This document shows, in pieces, positions 38,157 to 51,198 of a stretch of DNA of 64,000 nt. The stretch comes from Neodothiora populina (Eukaryota), in contig NW_027191410.1 of NCBI RefSeq assembly GCF_041146345.1, positions 1,302,001 to 1,366,000 of the forward strand, read 5' to 3'. Within the stretch, counting starts at the first letter, position 1; the number at the start of each line of letters is the position of its first letter. The notes below the pieces were generated by a model that worked only from the letters and a program-made list of their open reading frames with translations, made no database searches and was not told the DNA's origin. Made by a program: the position numbers and the translations under genes.

Positions 38157-39082
38157 ACGATGTTTGAAGAGCATGATGTAACCGAAGGCAATCTGTTGTG
38201 GTTATGGATGTCTTCGTGTGACATGAAATCTTTAGAGAGCTCGGCCTCTCCTGCAAGCATGTCCAGACTGTATCAATCGATTTGTTGTTGACAAGGCCTG
38301 GTGCTAGTGCGGTTACATTGCGATACCTGTTCATATACCCCAATACTGAAGGCGTACCGTACCGGCACGTAGCGGAGACGACATCTTCTGTATCACTGTC
38401 GGCTTGAGATGTTGATCAACGCCCTGTAATGGGAGAGCCGCAGACCACTCCGCTAGGTACCACACGTATAGATAAGCTCAGTATTACCGTATATTGAATG
38501 GGTCCGGGTGAGTCATGGCATGACATGCACGATGTGGCAGTCCATTAGCTGTCACTGTAACTATACTACTGCACTGCGATGCCGCGGCCTGAGTGCGTTG
38601 CCAAGGAAGGACGTAAAGAAAGGCAATATCCCATTGTTGGTCAGACTACGGAAGTTTAAAACAGTACCTGCATTGGACTCCGAGCTCAAATGACGGTGAA
38701 AGCTTCATCGCTCCTTATACCTTAGCAGTTGGATCTAGAGATCATCGCGTAAACTGTTGATTGACTCGTAATGATAGTCATCGCGCTCGCCTTCATCTCA
38801 GGTAGAACCAGTATGGGGTTGCAGGTCCCTCGAGCAAATCGTTACGAGAGGGCCATAGAGTAGCGTGACAAGAGCTTCTTCTTTGAGTGCGCGCAGATGA
38901 AGCCAAATTGCACCCGAATTTATTACAAGTGATAACATACAAAGAGAATAACAAGAATACGCGCATGTAGCGATTCGAATCAGATAAAACTAGAAATTTT
39001 CGGGGCCTCTAAGCACGTACAATACACGTTCAAGTAAGAAGTTGTACATCATGCAAAAGCAGCACTACAAGAGTCGTTCGGC

Positions 39083-40964
39083 TCACGCGACGACAGCACC
39101 TTTCTCAACAGTCTTGGCTCTTCCCTCGACAATACCTTCGAGTCCAGCGACCTCCTGGCTACTGTTGCGTCCACTATCAGATCCGTTGCTCGCAACACCA
39201 TCTAGTTCAGCGTCGGCACGCCAGAAGTCTTTCTTGCCTCTGGCAAGACGCCTGATCCAAGGAGGCAGGAGACCACCTTCAACCTTGTAGGTCCAGGCCT
39301 CGGAGTCTGCCTTGCCGTAAGGAATGATGCGACCACCTGTTGCCTTCTCGATGATGAAGGGGACACCATTGAGAAGAATGTAGGTGCAAATTCCAGCAAT
39401 AAGTCCGTAAGCAATGGCTGTAAGATTGGTCAGCATATCGCATCAATGTCTTGGTCTTGCACGTAGACTTACAGTAGGTGAATGGCATGACCATGAGCGT
39501 GATGAATGCCGGGATAGCATCGCCTGGGTACATCCAATTGATCTCCAGCACGGCCTTCATCATCATCGAACCGATGAGGATCAGAGTTCCACCCGTTGCC
39601 CAAGGAGGGATAGATGCAAAGATCGGCGCAAAGAATATAGCGATAAAGAAGCACAAACCGGTAGTGATGGCTGTGAGTCCAGTTCTGCCACCTTCTTGGA
39701 TACCGGCACCAGACTCGATGAACGCAGTGACGGGAGAAAGACCGAAGAGACTACCGATGACAATACTGAAAGCGTCAACAAGGTAGGCAGTTGCTGAGCC
39801 CTCGAAGTCCTGTGTGCGCTTGTCGAGGAAACCTGCATAACGTGCCATGGAGTAGAGTGTTCCTGTGCAGTCAAAGATGTCGACATAGAGGAATGTGATG
39901 AATGCGAGACCGAAAGAGCCGGGGGCATCACCGAGAGAGAAATCCAGCACATTCAGGGTATGTTTGATCGGGTGAAACGTTACTACTTTCTTGAAAAAAT
40001 CGAAAGACGAGTTTCCGAGATCAGTGTAAGGAAAGTATGTCAGGTTTGTTGTTCGAGGCCAAGAGATGATACTCGTGAGAGCGATACCATAGATGATCGC
40101 ACCTTTGACGCGATACATCATGAGGATGGCGATGAGAATACCTCCAGTGAATATGCCAAGCCATGTAGTCGGGTTGCGTAGCTTATCCGAATTGGGGCAT
40201 GCTCCAGTATCGACGTCTCTCATGCTAGGGTGGCAGCCTGCTAGTTCGAGGGGAGTGGACTGGGCACCAACTGTGATACCAATTCCGGAGTCGTACGTGC
40301 ATCCAATTAGAGCAAGATAAAGACCGATGCCTACACCAGTCGCTAACTTGATACATGAAGGGACGGATCGTGCAAGCCATTGTCGAAGACCGAGGATAGT
40401 TAGGGCGACAAAAACAAAACCTTCTACAAAGACTGCAGTCAAAGCAGTTCTGTAAGGGACAGGACCAGTACCATGGTAGCCAACGACAGTATAAGTGAAA
40501 TAGGCATTCACACCTAGACCAGGAGCAAGAGCGATGGGCACTACATGATGGTCAGCTTCCGAGTCGTGCATAGCTATACGTCAGCCCGACTTACAATTTG
40601 CAAAAAGACCCATGCACACGGTGGATAAAGCAGCGATGGCAGCAGTAGCTGTGACCAGATCACGCTGCACCTCCTGCACACACTGCAGGTACGCAGGATC
40701 AACGTCACAGACGGGATCTTCAGCCAGACCCGGGCAGACGCAGGTGCCACCGGTCTGGGACACCATGTTGGAGTTGACAGAGATAATGTAGGCCATGGCG
40801 AAGAACGTCGCCAAGCCAGCGCGAATCTCGGTAAAAAATAGAGAGCCCTTCCTCTCAGACTTGTGACCTGAACCTTCGAGCTGGAAGCGTCTGCCTATGA
40901 AGGACTTTGCCACAGCCACATTGATCCTGTGGAAGGCATTATCGACGGTTTCTCCGAACCCCAT
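39083..40964 (-). CDS. azgA: AzgA-like purine (hypoxanthine/adenine/guanine) permease; 3 exons
   Basis: TEIRAGLATFFAMAYIISVN, APGLGVNAYF, YVDIFDCTGTL, SPVTAFIESGAGI.EGGRTGL, PFTY.IAYG. Confidence 0.88.
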
Positions 40965-43116
40965 CTTGCGGGCAGCTGGGACTGTCTCTACCGGGAGATG
41001 ATGAGATGTGTTGATGAGCACGAATGCTGATGGAAAGGTCACAGCGCACAAAATGATATTGCGACCAGGAAGGAAAGCCGTATATAAACGCCGTGGTGTC
41101 GTTCGCTAGTTTCACGGAGATGCCCGAATCTAGAACACAAGATCTTCTGCAGACTGAAGATACCGCAGCTACGTCCTGATAAACGAAGGACATTTCGAGA
41201 ACGATTGTTCAATTGAATTGCATTTTCGCCGACAGGCCAAGCCACCAATCCCTTCTACCAAGAAAAGCCAAGTGATAAGGAACCTTGGCCAGACAACCGT
41301 CGCGAAAACAAATGTCAAACGTAAGCGCTGGACGTGACCGCTCTGACAGGATTATTCATGGCAGTTGCATGCTGCGCTATTCGTCTCTAGAGTAGTTGGA
41401 AAGAAGCCCACATGGATGCATACTTCATGATATAGAAAGATTCAAGGAACTTTAGCGTGCATGACACTGACCGCTAAGAAATGTGGTATGGGGGATTTGC
41501 AGTGAAGCACGTTAGGCCCATCGGGGTCCCCGCCAAGGCAGCCTCAATCTTGGCACAATCCCACGTTTTCGTCGTCGTGCACCCCAGATTGGCATGTGCT
41601 AAGGTACCGATATCTTTTGTGACTGCTCGTCTAGGCATGCTCCCATCGGAAGACTGCTTATCTCGACCGACTGATACACACGCGAAGATGTTGATGCGGA
41701 GGTGACCAGCGGCGAAATCCTAAAAGTTGCTGGGGATGTGATTTGGACACGAGTAAGGAATCGCAGGTGAGATTCTTGGAATCAGATTCCTACATACAGC
41801 GAACCAGACCCTGACCCAATTTCGAGCCTGCTTCGAGGGCCGCGTGCGCGAAGAATTCAGTATCGTGAGTAGAAGATGTGTGGACCAGTGATTGTCCATT
41901 GTATGACAGACATAGATAGCTAAGGCTGGGAATGACTGCTCGTGTCTTCTAATCGCGCGCCTTCACTTCCCTTACGTCCGCAACGCACGTAAGGTGCTAT
42001 GTCTTGCAATGATCTATTGATGTTTACAGCTATTACCTCGTGTGAGAGTTATGTAGCAAGGACGATGTGTAGTATACCGGCACGCATTGGTGTGACACAG
42101 GCACATCCAATTATTTCGAGCCTATTACCTATGCCGCCAAGTATATACGTGAGGTTGAGGAAGTTGAAGTCGTGTGGCGATGTAACCGTATCAAGCAGTA
42201 AAATTGCCCCGTTCTAGAAACTTACTGTAGGCTGACAATATATTTGCGCATAACACACTATGTGCAATCCGCGGACAAAAATCGACTCTGGGTGTTTCTA
42301 GAGTCATTGAGGAAGTACTCTCTAGTTGGTCGGTCTTGACCTAGAGGAGATGCGGATCCCCCACTACGTGTACTAGCAGGGATGTTTGACGGTCTGTACT
42401 GCGGGGAGTAAATCCCAGTCCCCCCTCCATCCATACCTTATTTCACAGATTAATCTTCATACGATATGCACAGTAAACCTCTCTCTAGGTGGAGAATAAT
42501 GTCAAGCGCGTTTCTGCACCTGCTCCAACAAAGAATATGAGCCATAAAGCAGCCAGCAATTTGGCGGCCAGGCTTCGCATTTACACATATGATAAAACAG
42601 CATGTCAAAAGGCCATCGATGGAAAGGAAGTCCCACACGCGCTCGGCTTACCTCTCACTCGCCTCTGTATAGTCCGGGGTGTACGTTACCATGATGGCTT
42701 TGGCGAAGAGCTTCGTGGTGTGTTGTCTGTATCTGCATTAGAAGCTTGGCCTACCCGCACATTCAATGCTACAGAACAAAGAAGTACTTGTCGAGGACAT
42801 GGACTGAAGAAGAGAATACTGCTTGTATCTATTACGCATGGCTACTATTTATTACGCTACATAGGTTTTTTTTTGGGTTGGATTAGTTTTTCGGGTTCTG
42901 AAGTGACAAAAGTCGATAGATGGATCAAGAAGGAAAGAAGGAGACAAGAAAAGACAGAAAAGCAAAACGAGAAGACCAGGAAAGGGAATGAGGTTAAAAG
43001 ACAACGGCTTCAACTCCAGGAGAGGTATGTTCCGCAGGAGCATGATCTTCCCTCGAACAGATCGCGGTCACAAAGCCTTGTCGCCATGCGCCCCTTGTCA
43101 AATTATCGTTGTCCAT

Positions 43117-44688
43117 CTATTCACAACCGAAGGAGGAAGCCAGATCAGCATCACCGCCGAGGTAGACCTGCATCTTGGGATATTGACATAGAGGTCTTGT
43201 AGCCGAGCCTTCTTGGAATGTGCCAGCCAATGTCTCTGGGGCAATGCCATTCTCGACCCAATTAACAAGATCGGCAAGAATGTCATCTGGCATAGCACCA
43301 ATACCGTCGCCGCAGTGCTCAACACCTGGTGAGGTAAAGAGACGGTAAAAGTCATCGACACCGGAATCCTGCGCCGAAACCTTGTTGTAATAGTCAAAGG
43401 TGCCATTGGTGAAGATGAGCTGGTCTGCCAGTCCGTGCCAGCTGATCATCTTGCCGCCATTCGCTTTGAAGTCAGACAAATCCGGGTTGTCGGTGCCGAT
43501 AATGTCCGTGTAGTTGCTGACTGAGGATGCGAAGGCGCTGGCAAAGCCGGCGTAGCCCATATTATTAACATCGAAATCAGAGTTCTCTTCGAGGTAGTAC
43601 TGAATCCACGCCTGAGATGTAGCGAAGCTAGAACCAGCGCAGTCGGTGTTGTTGATAGAGCATACTGTAGTAGCCAGCATATTAAGAGATGCGCCCATGC
43701 TCAAACCATACCAGAGTGACTCGCCCGTGGCCTGGTCACGAGGCCCATCCCATACCATTTTGACAATCTCGACTGTTCTGTTATCAATGGTCCAGTCGCT
43801 TCCATTGCACATAAAGTGCTCGCCCACAGCCGTAGACACGTCATAATCGCACTGGTAAGGATTTCCGATGATACCATCCTTAACGCCGTCGAGCTCGTCG
43901 CATGCATCCATGAGAAAGTCGTTAATAGCCGCAAACTCGCAAGTCGGAGGCCAGTAGCCGACCTCATTCATAACAATTTGAGGCCAAGATTCTGAAGGAA
44001 TGAACTTTTGCCAATTGATAGCCGGGGCCATTGCGAGGATACCATCGTAATTAGTCGGATAGCGTTGGGCGTTCATAAGACCTTGACGACCGCCAGTCGA
44101 GCAGCCGGCCCAGTAAGAATATTTAGCTGGTTCGCCGTAGTAGGATGCAGTGACCTGTTTTCCGAATTTCGCCATATCGTCGAGACCGATGGAGGCGAAG
44201 ACCTCGAGAGCATACATGTCTAGGTCGCCCGCGCTGTCTCTTGCCCAGCTCGTAACGAATTCGTCCATGTTGTGGCCTCCGTCAGTATTGGCAGCGGCGT
44301 ATCCAGCATCTACAGCCGGAGCGAGGACTTCGGGACCAAGGCCCATGACCCAGCCACCGCCTCCAGTGCCCTGAAAGCGCCCGTTCCACTTGTCAGGGGT
44401 AGGAAGCCAGACAGATACACATATCTTGTCGTTCTTGTCAGGGTGCTCATAAGTTATGGTCACGTTGCAAAAGGCCAGATCATCCACGTTGCCGTCTTTG
44501 ACAGAGCCATCCACATAAGTGGCAAGACTGTAGCCCGTGACGGTTTCTGCAGTCACATCCAGGACTTTAGTACCGTCCACCTGAGGTGTACCAATGACAG
44601 TAGCAGAGCATGCGTTAGTAACAGGAGCTGCCAAGGCACGACCCAGGATAAGGCCACCGAAAGCGACGATATATCTGGTGAAAGCCAT
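43117..44688 (-). CDS. Secreted tannase / feruloyl esterase
   Basis: Signal peptide, WNGRFQGTGGGG, GCSTGGRQG nucleophile motif, WHGLADQLI, PGVEHCG, RPLCQYP; intronless. Confidence 0.95.
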   Translation of the reverse strand: MAFTRYIVAFGGLILGRALAAPVTNACSATVIGTPQVDGTKVLDVTAETVTGYSLATYVDGSVKDGNVDDLAFCNVTITYEHPDKNDKICVSVWLPTPDKWNGRFQGTGGGGWVMGLGPEVLAPAVDAGYAAANTDGGHNMDEFVTSWARDSAGDLDMYALEVFASIGLDDMAKFGKQVTASYYGEPAKYSYWAGCSTGGRQGLMNAQRYPTNYDGILAMAPAINWQKFIPSESWPQIVMNEVGYWPPTCEFAAINDFLMDACDELDGVKDGIIGNPYQCDYDVSTAVGEHFMCNGSDWTIDNRTVEIVKMVWDGPRDQATGESLWYGLSMGASLNMLATTVCSINNTDCAGSSFATSQAWIQYYLEENSDFDVNNMGYAGFASAFASSVSNYTDIIGTDNPDLSDFKANGGKMISWHGLADQLIFTNGTFDYYNKVSAQDSGVDDFYRLFTSPGVEHCGDGIGAMPDDILADLVNWVENGIAPETLAGTFQEGSATRPLCQYPKMQVYLGGDADLASSFGCE

Positions 44689-44729
44689 TGTATAGATGAT
44701 GTCTTTGCTGATAGAGATGATCTATTTGC

Positions 44730-44827
44730 TGGCTTTTATGCCTTCGTGATTGATACAGTGAATGTAGAAGAGCTTGAGTGGCTTTTATGCCTTCGTGATT
44801 GATACAGTGAATGTAGAAGAGCTTGAG
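44730..44827. repeat. Exact 49-bp tandem duplication just upstream of the tannase start
   Basis: TGGCTTTTATGCCTTCGTGATTGATACAGTGAATGTAGAAGAGCTTGAG at 44730-44778 and again at 44779-44827. Confidence 0.97.
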
Positions 44828-47584
44828 GAATGGGATCTTGTGACTCTGTTGCTGCTTTGGCTTTCCGAATGCTTTGTTGCTGATGTCTTCCAGTTGTCGA
44901 GGGCTTGACCAGCTACTTATACGCTTCTCTCCTACGTTGGACTGGTGCGGTCGACAGCGGCGACAGTATCCCCGCAGTAGCCCACGAAGACTTCTCAGTC
45001 TGTCAACACGCACCCATATTCGTGTTGGTAGGATCTGGATGGAGAGTTACTGTCTAGGACGAAGGGCGGGAATTGCGGCAACCTGCTTGATGGATGGCGC
45101 GTATACTCGTGCTTCACTGTGTGTATCACACTTGAGGTAAGCTTTGCCATATCGACTGCTATTGAGACAGAGTTTGCCGTTCGCTCAACACATTGTTTGC
45201 GCTCAGGATAGATGGTAGCGGCGGAGCGTGCGGTCGCAGCGGATCATCTTTGTGTTCGGTAGACTGATCTTGCAAGACGCATTGCAGAGTCTCAGCAGCG
45301 CCGCATCGCTTCCTCCATCTTAGAGACATCGAAAGTCTGTACAGATCTCGATCGGATGCTTCATAGGGAGATCTATCCTGCGAAATTCGACTGCTAGTCG
45401 CCGGTCCTCCTCGGAAAGGACACAGAACGCAGCAGGAAGTACATAATCATCCGTATCGATTCCCAAGGCGAGGAACATTCTCGAAACAGATCGTCGATGT
45501 ATAGAGTGTCGGATCGTCTTTAGAGTCTAACGCAAAGGCAATCGCGGGGAGGAAAATCATCCTGGATATCGGAGCGGATGGGGAATGACTCCATGAGATC
45601 GGCGATATAGGTCGTGCGCAAGCAGCATTGACATGCCACGGCCAGATCTGCGGACGAAGAGCGGAATGTTTGGGACCAGCGCTGATGTGGGATCGATGAC
45701 CCCAGATCCAAACGGCTACAATAGGAACTTGATCAAAGATCGCCAGGGGACCACGACACCACTCACTTGGTACATTTAGGACTTCAGGTATGGGTAACCT
45801 CTATATTCAGTGAGCCCAAATCTCATGTACGCCAGTGAGTTGAACACGTCGACTATGGTGTCTTACATAAATTCGCACACACTGGCTTTGTCGCCGTGAC
45901 TTGGTACCCATAGGTGTGCCTTCAAATGGTGTACCCAAATGCTAAAGCACCGTCTCGAGGGCCAGGAATGGCCAGAACAGGACACTGGCAGCCGCTAAAC
46001 AGTGTCTTCACACAGCACCGTGTGAAGCGGATAGGAAAGGGCTCCAGCGTTCCGATCCGCAGACCAGGCACCAGATACAGCCAATGGCAAGAAGCACGAT
46101 GGTGCCTCTGGACAACGTGCCTGCTCTTCCAGAGATATGTCCAGAACCCTGATTGATAGGACAGAGGCTATCTCGACCACACGTGGTCTGTAAATAGGAG
46201 CCATCATTAGGTTTGCTTGTGACTGGAAATGATACTCCGGCTCCGTTACAGCCCAGTGCACGGAATGCCGAGCACCTGTTGAGGATCCGCTTTAGGCAAG
46301 GGTTCGATCTCTGCCGAACCAGTGACATCCCGACTGCTTCGTTGAGATGGTGAGGTATCAGGGCTGATTTTAGAACTCTTACTAAGTGAAGGGTCGGAAC
46401 AGCCTTGTGAGAAATCCTTATTTACCGCGGATGAGATCGTATCGCTTAACGACATTTGAATGCACGTCCGCAAGAAGCTATCGTAAACAAGCGAGACCGA
46501 GTTGTGAATGGTAGGCACAAGCTCAAAAAAAAGACTCGACAATCAGCTGTTAATGAGACGAGAGTTATGGAGCCGACCGTGAGTGTTGGATCATTTCTCG
46601 TCGACCGCAGGAATGGAATGTCTCACGCTCGATCAGCTCAAAAGGCTCGGTACGTTGCCGGAGGCGGCCAGAAGACTTTGGCTGCTGTCTTGGTAGGAAG
46701 AAAAATACGCCAGCGACGTAAGATTGGCCAACAACGAGGAGGATTTTCGTCCGCAGACTAGAGCGGGATCCTTCGTCTCTCATCCTCCATTGTCGAGTGT
46801 ATGCGAAAGGTCAACGGCAAGGAATCACGTTCAATTTAGGACTGGCTTCAATGCTGCGGAGAAGCATAGATCCCGGGCAGCAGAAAGCACGTGCCGAGCG
46901 ATCGGTTGTGAGACTTTCAGTCCCCGCTTCTTCTTCTACGATACAGGAACGCTACCCAAGCGGTATTGTGAAGCATGCTAATGCGTGCATGATGTTCAGG
47001 GTTCGACTGCCTGGCAAATTGGGAATGAGGCATTCGCTGGAGCAGTTGTTCTGGAAAGTCCCGCAACCATATTTGACGATCAGCTTCGTTTTACAGTCAA
47101 AGCTTGGCTTATGGACAGTCGACTTCGCTGCATGCGGTAGAGTCGTAGCGGTTTAACACTACCGTACGCTCTGCTCGAGTGATTCAGTCACCACCCGCAA
47201 GGAACCGTCATGAAGAAGGATCAGGCAGGCAGCTTCTGAGGCTTGGCATGCTCCCTACTATATCGCATTTGGTCCACTGTCGAGTCTTCTTCCTTTCTAA
47301 TAAGGCAATGTCGCAAGCCATGTGGGGCGTGGCGCACTTATCATTTTGACTGAATACGATGCCGCCCACTGCACTTCTAAGAACTACGTTGAGCTTCGAG
47401 TTTGGAGCACTTCGGCACGACTGGAGGCTTTCTTTGCCAATCTGTATCAATGTGGCTTGCGGAGGCATATCTTGCTACAAATACTATGCATACACATCGC
47501 AGCTCTTCGCATGTGCTGCCACGGAATGCGCGTTAATTATGAGCAACAGCACATTGAGCAGACTAATAATGTCTGAGCTTGCTC

Positions 47585-49240
47585 CTAAACCAAACAGTAG
47601 TCCCAGCTTCGAGAATAGCCGAAGGACACTCGCCACGCGACACGATAAGCTTTGTTAGCTCGACAAAGGGACTTGCGGTCCGTGATAGCCGGCGTAATCG
47701 CCAGTTTACTATTTGACAGCAGCAGAGCTGATTTTTTGTCTGAGAGGAACAATTGTTTCGGGCTATTAGGCGAGCGTGAGTGATAGCAGGACGATGAACG
47801 CCTTGCGATTGTGCTCCTGGTACAGACGAGAGGCCTAATCATAATCGATGGCGGCTTCATTGGGTGTATGCGAGCTTGCTGACAATACTTCCAAGAGACA
47901 ATTGGCTTGCAGCATACCCACGACCTCCTTTTGAACAACCGCAGGTGGAAGAGGCTGCGCTTCGTCATAACGCTTCCTTCGACTCAAATATTGGGCAGCC
48001 ACCATAATCCTGCGCAGCTTTTCACCATAGTCTTTCCTTAAGTAGTGTGAATCCTGCAAGCCGTTTGTATCCCCATCGAAAAACTGATTCTGTCGCTTAT
48101 CCTTCCTTCCCTTCCTCTCCTCCATCACTTCGTTCTCGTGGTTTGTTGTTCAAGACTTAGCCACCTTTGCAGCCCTCAAATTCCCTCAAATTTAACGGTT
48201 TGATAGAGAACCCAGCGATGGACAGGGATGCCCCACAGCCCAACAACATTTTTGAAATAGTCGGACCATAGCCTTAGAAGAGCTATCTGGCACCAAACTT
48301 CCAGGTTTGCATGTTAAGAGTCATGGCCAGATCTTGACGGCCTTGGCACAATCGATTGGCACCCCGCCTTGAGATACACTTACACCAAATGTTGCACTAC
48401 ACACTGACCAGCCATAAGGTTCACATAAATCGCCAGCGAGATTCGATTACCGAACTTGCAGGTCCTTGACATGCTTTTAATCTCACTTACCCTGATAGAT
48501 GTCGTTCCCTCCTGTTTCTTGGAGACTGAAATGCTTCGGTCGTTGCCTATGGTTTGTGGTATACAGCTGAACTACTGTATTTACTGGGTAAATGCGAAAG
48601 TGATAGTTCTGAGCAGTGATCTATTCAGCTGATTGTCTCGAGGCTCAGCTTGACCATCGAAGTAGGTATGCCCATCGCTCATGCTGAGGTCCTGGTGACT
48701 CTTAACAGCGGTTCTGCATTCAAGAGTAGCCAGTCCGTTCCGTCTGAAGGTGATCTCATCCAAGCATTTGGCGGCTACGCGGAACTGGAATTCGTTGCAC
48801 TTCGCCCTTCTGATAACAAGTTCATGGGCCGCAGACTTCATGGCGCAAGACATCGGTCGAGAACGCTTTCCCAAGATCACTAAGACCCATAGCATTCTTT
48901 GCTAGTTGAGTCAAATTGGGAAGTTTAGACATCTAAGCCAGGTCATGCTGAAAGTTGAGCAGATTTTCGCAGTTATTCTTGGACAGGGAGGCTCCAGGGC
49001 GTACGGAGATCTTTACACTGGACTGGTCTGAAACCTCTCACCTCCGAAGGACAACTTCGTAATTAAACATGGTGCACAGATTGACCTTCTTCGTGAAAGG
49101 CACACCCGAAATGGCTTCCAGATTAGAGCTCTTTCCACTAGATTGATCCTCACAAACAATCAATTGAGGCAGTGAGAGGAAATCGCTAACTTCATGAGCC
49201 CGCAGATCATCGACTGCATCAGGAAGATGCGAGTGACTTC
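47585..49240 (-). pseudogene. Mx-like / dynamin-family GTPase, heavily decayed
   Basis: Hand translation DAVDDLRAHEVSDFLSLPQLIVCEDQSSGKSSNLEAISGVPFTKKVNLCTMFNYEVVLRR* (G1 with G>E), later AFSTDVLRHEVCGP*. Multiple stops, frameshifts and deletions; ends approximate. Confidence 0.85.
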
Positions 49241-49699
49241 TCGATCTAAGGCTAAATGAAGATTGTTCGAAAGGGCCCCGGGGAGATTCCGAGAGCCAGG
49301 TGTCGGTGACCGATTGCCCGTCGCTCGCTCTGAGCGGACCGTCAGTATTGGGCGCGGTGGTGTGTTCTCGGCTATTGACCGTTGGGTTGAGTCGAGTTGA
49401 GTTGACTTCATTTGACCTGACCCCTCGCCTTAAGCGATATGCAGGCTACATACTGCTGAAGTTCATGCTAGCTACACATGTTCAAGTTCCGGTCTTCGTT
49501 TCTACAAGGAAAACGTCTCAGTTTCCAGCGTCCCCCTCTCTTACAAACCTCTATAAGTCTTCTGCAAAGTCCAGCACTGTATTGAGCTCTATGGATGTAC
49601 TTCCCAGTATTCCTTGCTAGTACTGTCCGTGCGTGTGCCGTCCTCATTTTTCTATGCATCGTGAGCAATACTGTTTCTATATAGCAACGATGGCGATAG

Positions 49700-50330
49700 T
49701 CGTGACTATGATCCTCCACCCAGCATTGACGAAAGCCTTTTTAACTCCTCACAGATCTCGATTGCTATGTTAGGCTTTTTTAAGACTCCTCTAGTCTAGC
49801 GAGGTTCTAGACGAGATCTAACGCAAAATCGCCCTTGTCTTTTACATATGCTAGAAGAGTCGTCGACGCAAGTACTTTAACACGGTGCTTGACAATAAGC
49901 CGAACGACTGCTGATTTCGGATTTTTGTCAGCAAGATGACGGCCTAAGCGGCGGGAATCGCATTTGACGGGCAATGAACAGAGCAAAGCATCTCTGCGCA
50001 TTAACGAGCTTATATATTTACTGCTCGAATATAGGATTGCATTGCGAGTTGGAGGTGAAGGAGGAGATGGTGCGGTGGGCACGAGTTAGAGTTAGGAGCT
50101 TATGTATATAGCCGGCCCGTTTCATGAGTCGGCCTTCGGCGGAGCTCTACCCACCTAGCGACGACGGAAACATCACCTCGTCAAGATTCCACTGCTACTA
50201 GCATTTGACATATCCAGGCGAATGCCACAAATAAGTCACATGGACCACGTTCATTTGCCGTGTCTTTCTCCCACGTGCGGACAGGTTTGCCCAAGCGGTT
50301 TGCCGATGTTGTTGCGAAGCACTGATGCGA
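49700..50330 (-). pseudogene. Possible BTB/POZ-domain gene relic
   Basis: Fragments HVGE..TWS..LIC, D.SVVARWV..LYT and AVVRLIVKH..KGDFALDLV* resemble fungal BTB proteins. Many stops and frameshifts; boundaries approximate. Confidence 0.4.
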
Positions 50331-51198
50331 CGTGGAGTCAAGACATCGAACCCTACTGAATCCATGCCATTTCACCACACCGTGCCTTCATCATACGATT
50401 GCTGCCTCCCGAGCAGCGAAAAGTCTCGCGGTTGGTGTACCTGACAGTAGATTCTGTTATCTTGACATGCCTCGCCCACAACACGCACGCGACAATGACC
50501 CCACGGACCTATCTCACCAGTAGACATCCGCTGAGCCTGCAGCAGGCGTCAAAAGCAGCAAGAAACCTGTTGAATATGGCGACCATTCAAGCACTTACCG
50601 GGCTCCAGGATGGAAGTCTACTTGAATTATCAAGTTTTACCTAATGAGCATTTTCCCATCGGTCTCGTGTTTATAAGACCCTGGCGACTACTCCTCGAAG
50701 GACAAGACTATGGAGACCGCTACTGCGTAGAGGCGGTTGTATAAGACCGAAAACAAAATAAAGAAGAGAACAAAACGTACAGCAGCAGGGATTCCCACGT
50801 GGTCACCTACTGTAGTACTAATCTGCCGGTCAACTGTGTATGGCAGAGCGGACGGGATGCCCAGTTTTGAGCTGCCTGTGGCCGTACGTGGAGGCTTCGA
50901 GAAGATTTAGGTTATCATGCTTGCAGTGGTGAGCGGGAGCTACAGCGTCAAGGAAGTAATCGTGAGAACGATTACAAAGATAGACTATACATACCCACTA
51001 ACCCAAGAAGCTGGTAGATCATTATATCTTGCTCGGTCATGTATAGTACTATTTCGTAGTTTCTAGAATCTAGTTCAGACTCCTCGAAAAGTTTTGCACA
51101 GAGAATCTTGGAATTCTTGATATGGACTGTGAAATCAGATCATTATATCACTATAGGTTCTACATAACAGCCACGATTACACTAACAATAAGACCAGA

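Noticed and set aside
42489..43202. 237-aa plus-strand ORF overlapping the tannase 3' end
   Set aside because: GTG start, no recognisable domain, low-complexity purine-rich stretch; probably non-coding.
44730..44827. CRISPR-like array
   Set aside because: Only two abutting copies with no spacer, in a eukaryotic genome.
45100..47550. Short protein-like fragments, including a Cys-rich CRAIGC..YCEAC stretch
   Set aside because: Probably further decayed genes, but I could not assign a family.
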